Both the position numbers and the translations under genes were made by a program. A stretch of 63,885 nt of DNA, the filler included, from Lenisia limosa (taxonomy: Eukaryota; Protista; Breviatea), in NCBI GenBank assembly GCA_001655205.1. It is 12 parts of 12 records of this genome, joined end to end, with 100 filler letters (N's around TTAATTAATTAA, not from the genome) between each part and the next. Parts side by side here need not be neighbours in the genome. Positions count along the whole stretch, not along the records: positions 12,430 to 14,272 come from LPNZ01003863.1; positions 14,373 to 24,281 come from LPNZ01010267.1; positions 24,382 to 30,676 come from LPNZ01007698.1; 9 more parts are not named here. One strand, written 5' to 3'. Shown here in pieces: positions 12,621 through 24,395 of the stretch; the first letter of the stretch is position 1, and each line of letters begins with the position of its first letter. A model generated the notes under the pieces. It was given only the letters and a program-made list of their open reading frames with translations, had not been told where the DNA came from and did no database searches.

Positions 12621-14272
12621 ATCCTCCTTCCTGTCCTCTGGGATGGCGACTTCGAACTCGTTAGTAGGCTTCGGCAGGCTCTCAAGAAGGTTGGAGACGG
12701 CCGAAGAAACCGGGCGTTTGCGTGAGGCCTTGCGCGCCACAACAGTGTTGGACGTGGGCGTGCTGATGGACTTGACCATGGCGCTGCAGTGTGAAATGGC
12801 AATTCATGTAAGCAACACATACAATACACGAGTTTGGATAACAATCAGGTGAAATACGGTTGAAAATGAAAACAAATTCGAGATGTGGAACCCCGAAATA
12901 ACAATACTCAACAAATAGAGCAAAGACGAGGGGGTTATGTTACCGCAGAAGGAGAATGCAAAAGTAAAAAAGACGAACAAAAAGAGAAAAGAAAGCGACA
13001 ATGACAGCAAACCAAGGAAGGAAGTCTCGAGTAGCCCCGCCTACACTGCCTGTTGGAGGGGCGTCTGGCCTCCAATTGCCGGGGTGCTGCCGCCTCCAAG
13101 GACGGGGGTGGAGCCAACCATGGGCGTTCCGGTCTGGGGGGAGGGGGGATGAGCAAGATTGCCTCGATACAGTACGAGATGGCAATGTATTACACGACGA
13201 AATATAACCCAAAATCAACTCTGCTGACTAAGCAGTTGAAACACATGCGGGTTGAACCCTACCATGGGTGTGCCCGGGATGATCGGGGTGCCTGACATGG
13301 ACATGGGGGTGGCTGCCATAGGAGTGCCTAAGGAATAAGTTCAAAGCCAAAGAACTTCGGAAAAAAGGTTTCAAAACATTTGGTGCGGACTTCTTACGCA
13401 CCCCTCCCCCCACCGCCACGCATGGGAGTCTGACCGTCAATGCCAACCATCGATCCCATTTTCGAGATCTAAAACCAGTCACTTCAAATCATAATAAAAG
13501 AGTCCCTTCCAATCATAATAAAAGAGTTGCGGACGGAAATATTGCTGAGAAAATAAGTTTATGGATAATCCTGTTGTATGATCACTCACAATGCAGGACA
13601 ACACAGATCAATAAACACAACACATGACAATCTTTCGAAAACTATCCACGTTACAGACCTGGTGAAGTTCGGAGTCAGTAACCTGCGGCTCAGGGAGGGA
13701 TAGGTCGGTTCGCTTGCGGATGTTCTCAACGAGAGAACGTCTATGAGGTGAGCGGAGAAAATGGAAATGTACGATACGAAAACCCAGAAGATCAACTCGA
13801 TATAAATACTGATACGACGGTGCGTTTGAAAACAAACAGGGCATAGGACAACATATTTTGGACTATGACAACTCAATCCCCATTCCCCTCCTCACTTGTT
13901 GACTTCATGGATGTATTGAGGAAGGTTCTCGTCCTGCATGACCTTCTGTCTCTTCTTGTCCTCCTTGCGTTGTTTCTGAGTGGTCACAACCACACGTGCT
14001 TATATGGCAAATTTAAGAAATATTAAACTCATCATCCACATCAACAAAACACTCAGAGTTTCATATACAAAGCGAAAATTCCTAAAAATGAGAGAGAAAA
14101 AGCCGAGATAAACGCAGGAAGAAAACTCTACTACCAATTTGAAACCCGATTTATTCTCAGCAATACCCCCCGAACCGCTTCCTCCAGTTCCCTCTTGCGC
14201 GCGCTGTCAAGCCATCTGTTGGCACCTTCGGGCCCTGCATCCACACGTTTGATCTCCTCTTCAGAAGCCGTG
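12621..14272 (-). CDS. CDC5L: CDC5L/Cef1 pre-mRNA splicing factor, internal fragment
   Basis: Exons give IRKRTDLSLPEPQVTDSELHQISKMG (CDC5L [24 protein letters not shown]), a Thr-Pro-rich region, and LLESLPKPTNEFEVAIPE (CDC5L GLPAPKNDFEIVLPE). Truncated by linkers on both sides. Confidence 0.88.
13137..13262 (-). repeat. Family B-derived short CDC5L intron
   Basis: The intron starts gtagggttcaacccgcatgtg..., contains cagcagagttgattttggg, and ends in a C-tract + AG. Confidence 0.65.
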
Positions 14273-14849
14273 NNNNNNNNNNNNNNNNNNNNNNNNNNNN
14301 NNNNNNNNNNNNNNNNTTAATTAATTAANNNNNNNNNNNNNNNNNNNNNNNNNNNNNNNNNNNNNNNNNNNNCCAAATCAACTCTGTTAACGATAAAACG
14401 GGACAAGAAGAAGGAGAAAAGAAGAAGGAATTGGTATTATTGGATTTTTGTTTCTAAAAAAAAGACAAGATTATCTTTAAAGGAATTTTTCATGTGCGAA
14501 ACATTTAATCGTCTCAATTTGCGATGTACAATCATAAGCTCTTGCAACCATGTACCAAATTACCTGGGTACTGTTGACACAAGAGGAGCTTTTGAGACTT
14601 CTAATTGGCATATTCGACTACAAAGTCATCATTAATCATCATTATTTAGATTATTCAGCCTGGTATGCGCGCTGTAACAATGATAAATGAAAATATATGA
14701 TATATTGTATATCGATACTATTGAGAAATATCGACAAAATATTGGATTATTTAGATTGTAGGGAAGCTATAAGGGCAAATTATTTAATCATTTTTTAAAA
14801 TACTGACATTATTTATCTTTGCAGATAATGACCGAGGAAACTCAGGTTT

Positions 14850-17720
14850 TACCCAGGCCCTCACCAATGATTGAGCCTTGGCTAAAGAGGGAGGAACTTC
14901 GGATGGGTTTAGCGGCTTAGCAGCAAATGATACGTTGGCTTCTTGGGCAGCCTCGGATGCCTTTTTTACCGCTTCTGGCATTCGCTCTATCTGAAGTGGT
15001 TGGAGATAATACATAATCCATATAGTATACTATCATATTAACATGAATATATTATAAATTACATATCTGACAGTATATTTATTTCATATGGCAACAACGC
15101 CAACCTGTTTGGCACGGAGTCGGATTATTTCATTTCTCCGAGCCTCGATCTGCAGAATGTTGTCGGAAAGGATGTTGGAAGAAGCCGCGATTTTGAGGTT
15201 CGGAAGAGAAAGGGTCCGAAGGCGTGGTGTGGGGATTGTAGGAGGCTGNNNNNNNNNNNNNNNNNNNNNNNNNNNNNNNNNNNNNNNNNNNNNNNNNNNN
15301 NNNNNNNNNNNNNNNNNNNNNNNNNNNNNNNNNNNNNNNNNNNNNNNNNNNNNNNNNNNNNNNNNNNTATACTATAATATTTTAAGAGATGAGCAAAAGA
15401 GTTGTATCTACCCGAGGCTGTCCACACCATCATGCTAATAGAGATATACATTCTCCCAATCAGTTTACAATTCAGTGTACAATACATTGTGCCTGTCCAG
15501 TATATATTACATCATGTATATACAGTATATACATATGTATATATTATGCATATATGTGGGTCCTCAAAGCTCCGGACATCATTCAAAATTCCCGGACACA
15601 TTAAAACTCCCGGACAGCTTGAAGTTGACACCTTGTATAGGCCATTGCTAGTGTTTTTTGAAAAATGCTTCGACAGATACATAGAGAAATGGACCTCCTA
15701 ATGTTCCCTAACTTTTTTTTTCAATTTTGACAAATGTCAATAAATCGTGAATTTGGTCTCCCAGGGGCCCCCCTTTTGCGTTTTCACTGGATTTTTTTCT
15801 GAATCTTACCCTCTTTTAGTGTTAAGAAACAAAAAATTGTCCCCCTCGGAGCAATTGGTTCCGGGTTCCCATTTGCTTTGGCTATGTAATGGTGAATTAG
15901 AGGAAAAAATGCTAAAAATAGCACTGTCTACAGGGCCATTTATTCCTTGAATGTGGCCTTTTATAACGGTTTTTGCTTGTTTTTGACCGTTTTTGGACCG
16001 TAAATAGAGAGCTTAGGGACTTAATTTGGTTTTGACCCGATAATATGTTAAATTGGGGTTTCATTATTTGATTAAGATTGAGATTACTTTCAAAAACAGA
16101 AGGGAAATAGGGTTTCCGGGTGGTTTATGGTGATTTTGTACGGAAAACTCAAGCTGTCCGGGAGTTTTGATGTGTCCGGGAATTTTGAATGATGTCCGGA
16201 GCTTTGACTATACACATATATATATCATAGCTATATATATATCATATGATCATAACACCACCCCCACGATATTTCTTGTACGGCACGGGTTGAACTCCGT
16301 AAAGAACATGCGGAAGGGGAGGGGTAACTGGCCGGACATACTGCGCCGCCGCAGAGATGTGCGACAGATTCCGGACTTGCTGGTGGAGATAAGGCATGCA
16401 GCATGGGGTTCACTTCGGTTCGAAAAAAAAATAATATATATTTCGATAGTTTACCACTCTTTTTCCTACCAAAGTGAAGCCCAGCATGTAGAAAAATTTG
16501 ACAAGTAATGAGTGTTTATTGAAATAAGAGCCCCCCCCCCCCAACAGGCTTAGCAACCTTCCTTGACGCAACCTTTTGAACGTGAAACTGCAGACGTTGG
16601 CGGTGCGGGTGGTGCGGTAAGTCTCGATCGTCGATGTGGAGATAGGCTGGGGGGGGGGGNNNNNNNNNNNNNNNNNNNNNNNNNNNNNNNNNNNNNNNNN
16701 NNNNNNNNNNNNNNNNNNNNNNNNNNNNNNNNNNNNNNNNNNNNNNNNNNNNNNNNNNNNNNNNNNNNNNNNNNNNNNNNNNNNNNNNNNNNNNNNNNNN
16801 NNNNNNNNNNNNNNNNNNNNNNNNNNNNNNNNNNNNNNNAAATTGTACATATAAATAAATAAATGCATGAAGTATGTAGAGAAGACCTTATCCAGGACGG
16901 TGGAGAAATCTATCGGGTGGTGTGTGTGTGTGTGTGAGGGATGGGTAATTAAGGAGGTAATAGCTTAACCCATTTAAATATTGTTCTAGGGATTCGCCGA
17001 GTTCTAAAAAGACCCATTTCTCAAAATTAGATAATTTACTAGTCTTTCCGGAAAAGAAAAAAACCCCCCATTTTAATATGAGGAGTTTTGGAAAAATAAT
17101 AATAATATCCTTACCATGTTCAGTCATATTATACAATAATTATATCAAGGGCTTCAATTCCGTAAGAAAAAAATCAGTAAACTATTGAAATATAGTATAT
17201 GATAATGCAGAGAATGTTTATGATTCATCGAGAGATTGAGTCATTTTCTGGAGCGGAGTGAGGCCTTAATTTTTTTAACAAAGCGCGTACCTAAGGGCGA
17301 GAGCGCTTTTGCCTTCGGTCGATATGCCTGAACACGTGATATATTTTATGAAAACAAGAAAAGTATACGAAAAAATGAACGCTAATTAATCATTTTTGCA
17401 GATCATAGTAGGAATGTCTGAAAGTAATGTAATAAAACAATTCATTTATATATAGACAGTATATATACTATATGGAGGAGGTGGGGGTAGGGTTGATTCC
17501 TAAAAATAGTAATACACTATAATATGGCAACTAGGGCTTGCTTCCTTTCGGTCTGAAAAAGACCAGTAGATTTATCAGGAAATTCAGTCTTTTTTTTGGG
17601 ACCGTAGGGAAGCCCTAATGACAACGACCCTTAGAACCAACCTTCGGAGGTGGCGAGGCTGGGAGCGTTTCCATTGCTTGAGAAAGTCTATATTGTTACG
17701 GACCAGGGGATACGTCGAAC
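14850..17720 (-). CDS. Unknown multi-exon protein
   Basis: Open GC-richer exon-like segments with AG/GT ends at ~17715-17635, ~16648-16575, ~16390-16268, ~15248-15105 and ~14995-14852 (e.g. IERMPEAVKKASEAAQEANVSFAAKPL). No family recognised and phase continuity was not verified throughout. Confidence 0.4.
15564..16207. mobile_element. ~640-bp non-autonomous TIR DNA transposon
   Basis: ~60-bp near-perfect TIRs (15564-15626 versus 16146-16207), each with three ccggaca sub-repeats; no coding capacity evident inside. Confidence 0.85.
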
Positions 17721-18296
17721 AAAAGTTCCTTGACTTATCTACCATATATGTACATGTACAGTATATGCATATATATGATATGAACATATTGCTGTATTAA
17801 TCACGATTTACACTTATTCCTCAAAGAGCACTATTTTCATTAAAATTACTCACATATTATATAACCATTATAATGATCCTTCCTTACATAAAGCATCATT
17901 ACCATGAACCTTATTACCGTTATAATTGTGAGCTTTACTTACTCTCACCCCATTGCACACAGAGCCATATTATTAAAAGCTGCTTACATATAACCAGCCT
18001 CAGACGGCTTCCTTTCAAAGTTCTCCGACCGCATTTCGTAGTCCCCAACAATGATCNNNNNNNNNNNNNNNNNNNNNNNNNNNNNNNNNNNNNNNNNNNN
18101 NNNNNNNNNNNNNNNNNNNNNNNNNNNNNNNNNNNNNNNNNNNNNNNNNNNNNNNNNNNNNNNNNNNNNNNNNNNNNNNNNNNNNNNNNNNNNNNNNNNN
18201 NNNNNNNNNNNNNNNNNNNNNNNNNNNNNNNNNNNNNNNNCTCGGCCTTGGGTATAGTGAAGGGCTAAAGAGTTGGTACAATAGAGGTGTTACGAA

Positions 18297-18384
18297 TAGG
18301 GCTTCACTTCGGTTCGAAAAAGACAGAATTTTTCGATAAATCCTCGAAAACTATCGATATTTACCCGAACTGAAGTGAAGCCTA
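18297..18384. mobile_element. MITE family A, type-1 copy; further copies at ~16405-16482, 17148-17267, 17531-17617, 18558-18655
   Basis: ta-gggcttcacttcggttcgaaaaagac...cgaactgaagtgaagcc-ta; TA flanks. Confidence 0.85.
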
Positions 18385-19699
18385 TAAAGTGTAGACATAA
18401 TGGGATTATACAACAACAATATTTGATGTAACGTGCATAGTTGGTTATATGACGAGTTAAAGAGTTAGGCTTTAAACAGACACTTGAATAGGGTGTCTGA
18501 AAACGGGATATGGGCTCAAGAATTGGGACAAACTGGTGTTTTGAAGAACACAATATGTAGGGTTTCACGCCGGACCGAAATAGACGGGTAAACTTTCGAT
18601 ATTTATCAAGAATTTAGAGATATTCGGTCTGATTTAGGACCGAAGTTTAGCCCTATCTGCCCCCCCCCCCCCNNNNNNNNNNNNNNNNNNNNNNNNNNNN
18701 NNNNNNNNNNNNNNNNNNNNNNNNNNNNNNNNNNNNNNNNNNNNNNNNNNNNNNNNNNNNNNNNNNNNNNNNNNTCTTGGTCCGGGTTAGGTGCTGGGCC
18801 CTGAACAAAGTGAATCACATTATTTTACGTGTTCAATGATTTGATATTATTTAAATTGTTGTGGATGAGTGATATTATGTAACTGGTAATAGCTGATATG
18901 ATATTACTAAACTTGTTATAGATGGATACTTAGTCTTGTTATTGTGTGTTATTGTCAGAAACGAAAACAAACAAAAGAAGCATTTCATAAAACCGTTCTT
19001 GAAATAACAAACAGGTTAGCTACCATTTATACTATGTTGCAAAAGGAGTGAGGTTCATTTGCTTACCATTGAAAAAATATGTAATGAATCTGTCACAAAA
19101 AATAGCTTTACACATTTGATATGAGAACATGAAAGCCCAAAAATACAAATATCAAATACTAATGATAAAGTGAAATCGAGCATCCATGTGTATTGAGTTT
19201 GTCATTAGAGTCCTGATTCATTCAAATTGAGAAGGACCGTACCTCATGGCTGGTTGATGTGAAGTGACCTCTGAAGCCCTAAAACGTCAGGAGGAAATAA
19301 CGAAATAACTCATTTTTTCTTCCACTTTTCCATTAGTTTTTTGTTTTTGAAATCGATCAAAAACCTGGTTTTTCAACTTGCGAACGCATACTAGAGAGAT
19401 CCCTGGCGATCCTTAACTTTTTAATAAAAAAGATGTAAGGTCTACTCGACTCGTATAGTGACCGGAATATTGGGATCTTCCACCCACTGTGAAAACAGAA
19501 ATAAATGCGTATGAATCCGCAGAGGTTTTCAATTAGCGTTTACTATGATAACTGTAGTATAAAAATATATATATATAATATATATATTTCAAGGTATTTT
19601 TCCAGAATTGTATTCTTTTAGTGACCATTTAGACGCCCTATATAGCTTCTCGACAGTTTTAAAAAAACTTAATTTGATAAAAATAATTCAAGGTTCCTT

Positions 19700-20310
19700 G
19701 TGTGATCAGTCTTGACCGGCTTTCTGAAGGGAATTCTGATTCTGTATTACAACACACACGAATCTTTATGATGTTTCAATTGCGACTTTACTGCAAAACA
19801 ACATACTTGGGGGAGTAAAAGGCCGTGGGTGGCAAATACATCGTCGTCATCTACGTCTTCCTCATAATACCATGACGGGAGGTCTAAACGGTGAGGTAGG
19901 AAGCAAGGGATTCGAGAGAATATGACATTATTCAAAATTAAGAAGACAAGGGTTATTCGCTATGAATTTATGGATAAGCCATTTTAAAAATTGGAACATA
20001 GTTTTGAGACGACTGGATTTACATGTAGTATTATAGAGATGAGAAATAAAACAGATCTGTATCAGGTCGAAGTCATCCACACCATCATGCTTGTAAGATA
20101 CTGAGTGTAGTCTCATAATAATTCACTCAACCATTTGCCTTACAACTCAGTCCACATAGCTTTTTGCACCTCTTAAGCATATATTTTTATGTCATAGTCC
20201 GAAATATGTAAAATTAAACCAGTACTTTCATAATTATACCCAATGCCCACCTCCACCAGACTCCTGCAGTGACATGGACGACAATGGGCGAAAGGGCTAA
20301 ATATCCAAAT
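19700..20310 (-). CDS. Unknown small protein, 3' exons
   Basis: Phase-consistent exons PFRPLSSMSLQESGG|DLPSWYYEEDVDDDDVFATHGLLLPQ|NQNSLQKAGQD* with canonical AG/GT. Confidence 0.35.
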
Positions 20311-20742
20311 TCAAGACATTTTTTTTATCTATCACGGGGTAGTAATGACACAGTGATGATCATATCACTTCACAGAACCGAAAACTGAGTAATGAGAAGA
20401 GGTGATCTTCCCTCTTCCGTGTCTCTCTTCTTCTTTTCTTTTTCTTTAAAATTGGGTATACAAACAAATTGATTCAAGAGTAGTCATAGAGAGGCTGAGA
20501 GGCGAGGAGGAGCAGGGAGGCTGGCAGGAGGGCAATCTGGCGCGCAACGCCCATTTTTCCTTTCTCTTTTCTCTTAATCTGTGCTCTCCAGTGTTGCTCC
20601 AGTGTGAACTAACTGCTTTGGTAACTGCGTAACACGTGCATAACACGCTCACAACACGGAAGCAGCACCACATAAAATCACAGTTTAGATTACATAAAAA
20701 GACTGGTCCTTTTTTTAAAAAAAGTATACCATTGCTGAGACT

Positions 20743-22732
20743 ATGCTGAGGACCTTTGCCCCCTCTGGAGTGAGGGCATGTGGAATTCCTTTCAGAAGGG
20801 CAATGGCGACTGCTGTGTCGATTCCACACTCTCCTGCCACCCCTCCTGAAGATCACCAAGAAGGTTTGTGCTTTATGCTACATTTTATTTCTTCTGATTT
20901 TATGTTGCTATCGAGTATTATTGTATCAATTTCAGGTCAAATGTACATGTAAACTATCATTTCCCACTCAGTGATGATACTCTCTGGATGTACGCCCATT
21001 CATCTCCGCTCATCATTATGTGTAAAAACAATAGCCGAAGTATTATTCATTTAGGATGTGATATAGTTTCGAGAACTGCTCAATACTTTTATGGGCACAT
21101 GGCCGGGATAAGTCTTTTCCATATTATATTGCTCTTTTTTTTTTCTTTTTTTTTTTACAATCTCAGCTACAGTTGATTCTCCACCCGAAGGCAGCAAAAA
21201 GAAATCACTCATGGACAATGCTAAGAAAACCCTGAAGCAGTATGGACCGTATGAGGGATGCAGGAAATGCAAGTTTTTTTTTTTTGGGGGGGGTGTCTCT
21301 GATTGTGTGATGGTAGGCAGAATCGGTCAGAATAATCAGAAATTTATAATGATTATCATGTGTACATGCAAATTTTGTTTGTTCTTTTAACAAACAGCCT
21401 CCTAAGATGCGGTGCTGTAGAAGTGGCTGACCTGGGCTTTGTTTGTTTTGTTGTTTTCAACCCTGCCAACATAGTGTTGATTTTGCCCTTTTTTTGTTTC
21501 ATATTTATAGTTCTGCTCCACTCCCCTCCTCACCTCTAACTTTCACAGAGTCGGAGTGTTGACGTATATGTCCATATCCGTGACATCCCTTGCCATCTTC
21601 TACACATCATATCGCTTCCTGATTCCCCCTCCAACTGCCCTTTTTGACAGCATTGCCCACAAGGTTGGGGTATGAATAGGGGCGTCATTTCGGTTTTAAA
21701 AAACCTGTTGAAAATATCGGTAGTTTTCGCGATTTATCGAGAAATTCAGTCATTTTTCTAACCGGAGTGAAGCCTGAGTTATGAATTAGTCTTATGGCGT
21801 GATGGTGTGGACTTTGTTTGATTATCTCTATACGTATACATGTATCTACCCCCCGTTTTTTTTTTACCTATTAGTTCAATGTCAACCTTGAATCCGGCTC
21901 CATGCATGCTACTGCTCTGGCATGTGGCGTAATTTCTAACAGGGTATGCGTAGGGCTCACTTCGGGCCGAAATAGACCGATAAAATGTTGATTGATTTCG
22001 AGGATTTATCGAAAATAATAGTCCATATTTCGAAACGAAGTGAAGCCCTAGATATGAGGGAGCGTCATTTCTCAAAACAATAGGGGGTTTAACTAAATTA
22101 AGTCTGTGTCTTGATCACCGGCATATATCGAAAAATCTTCTGAAGCTACTAGCATGCAAAAGAGAGTTCCTCGCACAGAAAGATATAGGAGGTACATAAT
22201 ATCATGGCGGGGGCATGTTTCAGGGTGTGAGTGAGGGGACTTCAGGATGAGATAGAAAACCATTTTTACATTATTTTTTGACCTTCTAGTTGACATCGCT
22301 GCCTCGCCTGGGCCTCGCGGTGTGGCTCACCCCCAAAGTACACAGAAAGGTCTGCTGGGGAGCAAGAATAATACACTTGTGTAAAATCTGGGCAAACCAA
22401 TTCAATCAATACATAAGGAAACCATAAACAAATCACCAAGCCTTGGGGTTTTTTTTTTTTTTTTTTTTTAATTGCAATCTCGCAAGAATACATTAAATGC
22501 AATACTCTTGGTCAAATAATTGTCATAGTTCAGGTGTATCAGTCGGTTTTACCTTAAAAAGGCTTTTAAATATATCGATAAATAACTTTGTGTTTAACCA
22601 ACCTTTGCAAAAAAAAAACATTTCAAACGTCTTATATTCTAGGTACAGACAGTGAAGAACTGTGTTTGGAAGTTCAAAAACACTGATGATCCTGAAAACA
22701 AATGCTCTCCCGATGAGGAATGTGATATTTGA
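20743..22732 (+). CDS. FAM210/DUF1279-like mitochondrial membrane protein with N-terminal presequence
   Basis: Five in-frame exons: MLRTFAPSGVRACGIPFRRAMATAV...; ...KKTLKQYGP|VGVLTYMSISVTSLAIFY...; AHK|LTSLPRLGLAVWLTPKVHRK|...CDI* (TGA 22730-22732). KQYGxxxxxxYxSIS and KxTxxxRxxxxxxxTP are DUF1279-type motifs. Confidence 0.75.
21404..21548 (+). repeat. Family B repeat upstream of a FAM210-like acceptor
   Basis: gatgcggtgctgtagaagtggctgacctgggcttt...gttgattttgcc, then a pyrimidine tract to AG at 21547-21548. Confidence 0.85.
21951..22050. mobile_element. MITE family A; further copies at ~21677-21776, 24119-24195, 26533-26624, 28262-28338, 28580-28662, 29813-29895
   Basis: ta-gggctcacttcggg...cgaagtgaagccc-ta. 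Confidence 0.85.
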
Positions 22733-23194
22733 CTGATCCCTCCTTGTAGTTGTACCTAAGTTTTGTTTTAAGTTAAATTATCTTTCATCTTTTTGTTCAT
22801 GTTATTTATTCTGTTTCCTGTTTCCCATTTTTGCAATTGTTGCAACTCTTGTCAAGCGACATGCAGAGCTCAAATATATCTATATGTCCATAGGGTGTCT
22901 ATATGTCTTTATGTCTCTATGTATTTTTAAGTGTAGATGAATGAATTGACTGTGAATTGATGATTTATTGGTTTATTGGTGACAAGTTTTCGGATACTGA
23001 GCCGAGTCAGAAAACCATAACCTTATCGTAACCCCATGATTCTTTTCTATAATAGTTTTCCTCACTCGCTTGTAAAAACAAGCCATTACATATTGTTATT
23101 TGAAGAATAGAGTAAAACGAATATATTATTGAGACGAGATGAGAAGAATTGACGAAGGGGGAATAGATTGAGAATCTTTTATTCTAGAAGCAGA

Positions 23195-24281
23195 ATGAAG
23201 GAGCCTCCTGTCTCCTCTCCTCACGTCAAGAAATTCGTGATCTTCTTGATATGTATCTACTGCTTCCTTCTGTTTTTCAATCCGTCCCTTCCCTTCATCT
23301 TTCTTTTCTACATCAACAACAAGCATCTATCATCTGACGAGGTTTGTGCACCTTCTCTTGGAAAGTAATGATATTTAGGTAAACTCATATGTGTTCCCCG
23401 TTTGGACGTATGCCTATTTCACATTCCTGGTGATTGTCGGAGCATGTTCATGTATGTTGGAAAGATCTCATGACTTGTCTATCATGGAAAGGTTCCGAAA
23501 TTCCTTGCGCACGCACTCTTGATTGGCTTTTATCACATTCGTGTTGAATTCCATGTTTTTATTTCCGGGTTGTCTCTTTTTCTTCTTGTCCGAAGGCCGC
23601 CCACTTACTCTTTCTTCTGTTAATCACCGGATTCAATGATTGCTCCCTACCTCTACCCCCTTATGAGCTCCCTACCTTCTTTGAGGGATCCCCCAGAGGC
23701 AGACATGGTCTTCTGGTTGCTTTCTTGTGTCCATTTTATTGTACTTGGATGGTTGTCAATGTGATGGAGTCGGCGGCTTCGGCCAGATACACGATACATT
23801 TCATGGGTGTTTATACTTATCATTCAGGTCGATTTGGGCACAAACCCTTCCTCATTGTCGGAGCTCTCTCCCAGGTATGCAGGGGCGGTAGGGTGTGGAT
23901 GAGGGGGTGCATAAACAGGAATATCTAGGACTATGATTTGCCTTTTTGTTGAGTGTTGGTTGCAATTCTGCCACTTTATCCGAAGGCCAGATATGTAGAA
24001 TTAGCATCAATAGTTTTTTTCCAGAATAATCAATTATCTTTTTAGGCATTCATTATTATGTATCGACTATACGTGTCTAGAACCAAATGTGAACCATTAG
24101 TTTTCACTGATTAATAATTAGGGCTTCCTGCGGTCTGAAAAAGACCGATAAAATATCGATATCTATCGAGACATTCAGTCTTTTTTGGGACCGATGGATT
24201 ATTGCTCAAATTGTCTCCCAACCCACCATTTAGATCGCAACTACCGTGATAATGCTCTATTGTAACGGCATATACTGGATG
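23195..24281 (+). CDS. Reduced folate/thiamine carrier family (SLC19-like MFS) transporter, 5' part
   Basis: Exons: MKEPP...FFNPSLPFIFLFYINNKHLSSDE|VNSYVFPVWTYAYFTFL...|RFGHKPFLIVGALSQ|IATTVIMLYCNGIYWM. This parallels SLC19A RPSEPF...LT...EIYPVWTYSY...YKP. Cut by the linker at 24326. Confidence 0.8.
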
Positions 24282-24395
24282 NNNNNNNNNNNNNNNNNNN
24301 NNNNNNNNNNNNNNNNNNNNNNNNNTTAATTAATTAANNNNNNNNNNNNNNNNNNNNNNNNNNNNNNNNNNNNNNNNNNNNACACCCCACCCCAG

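Noticed and set aside
13050-13065. GC-AG intron in CDC5L
   Set aside because: A nearby GTGTAG donor gives the same frame, so no non-canonical donor is needed.
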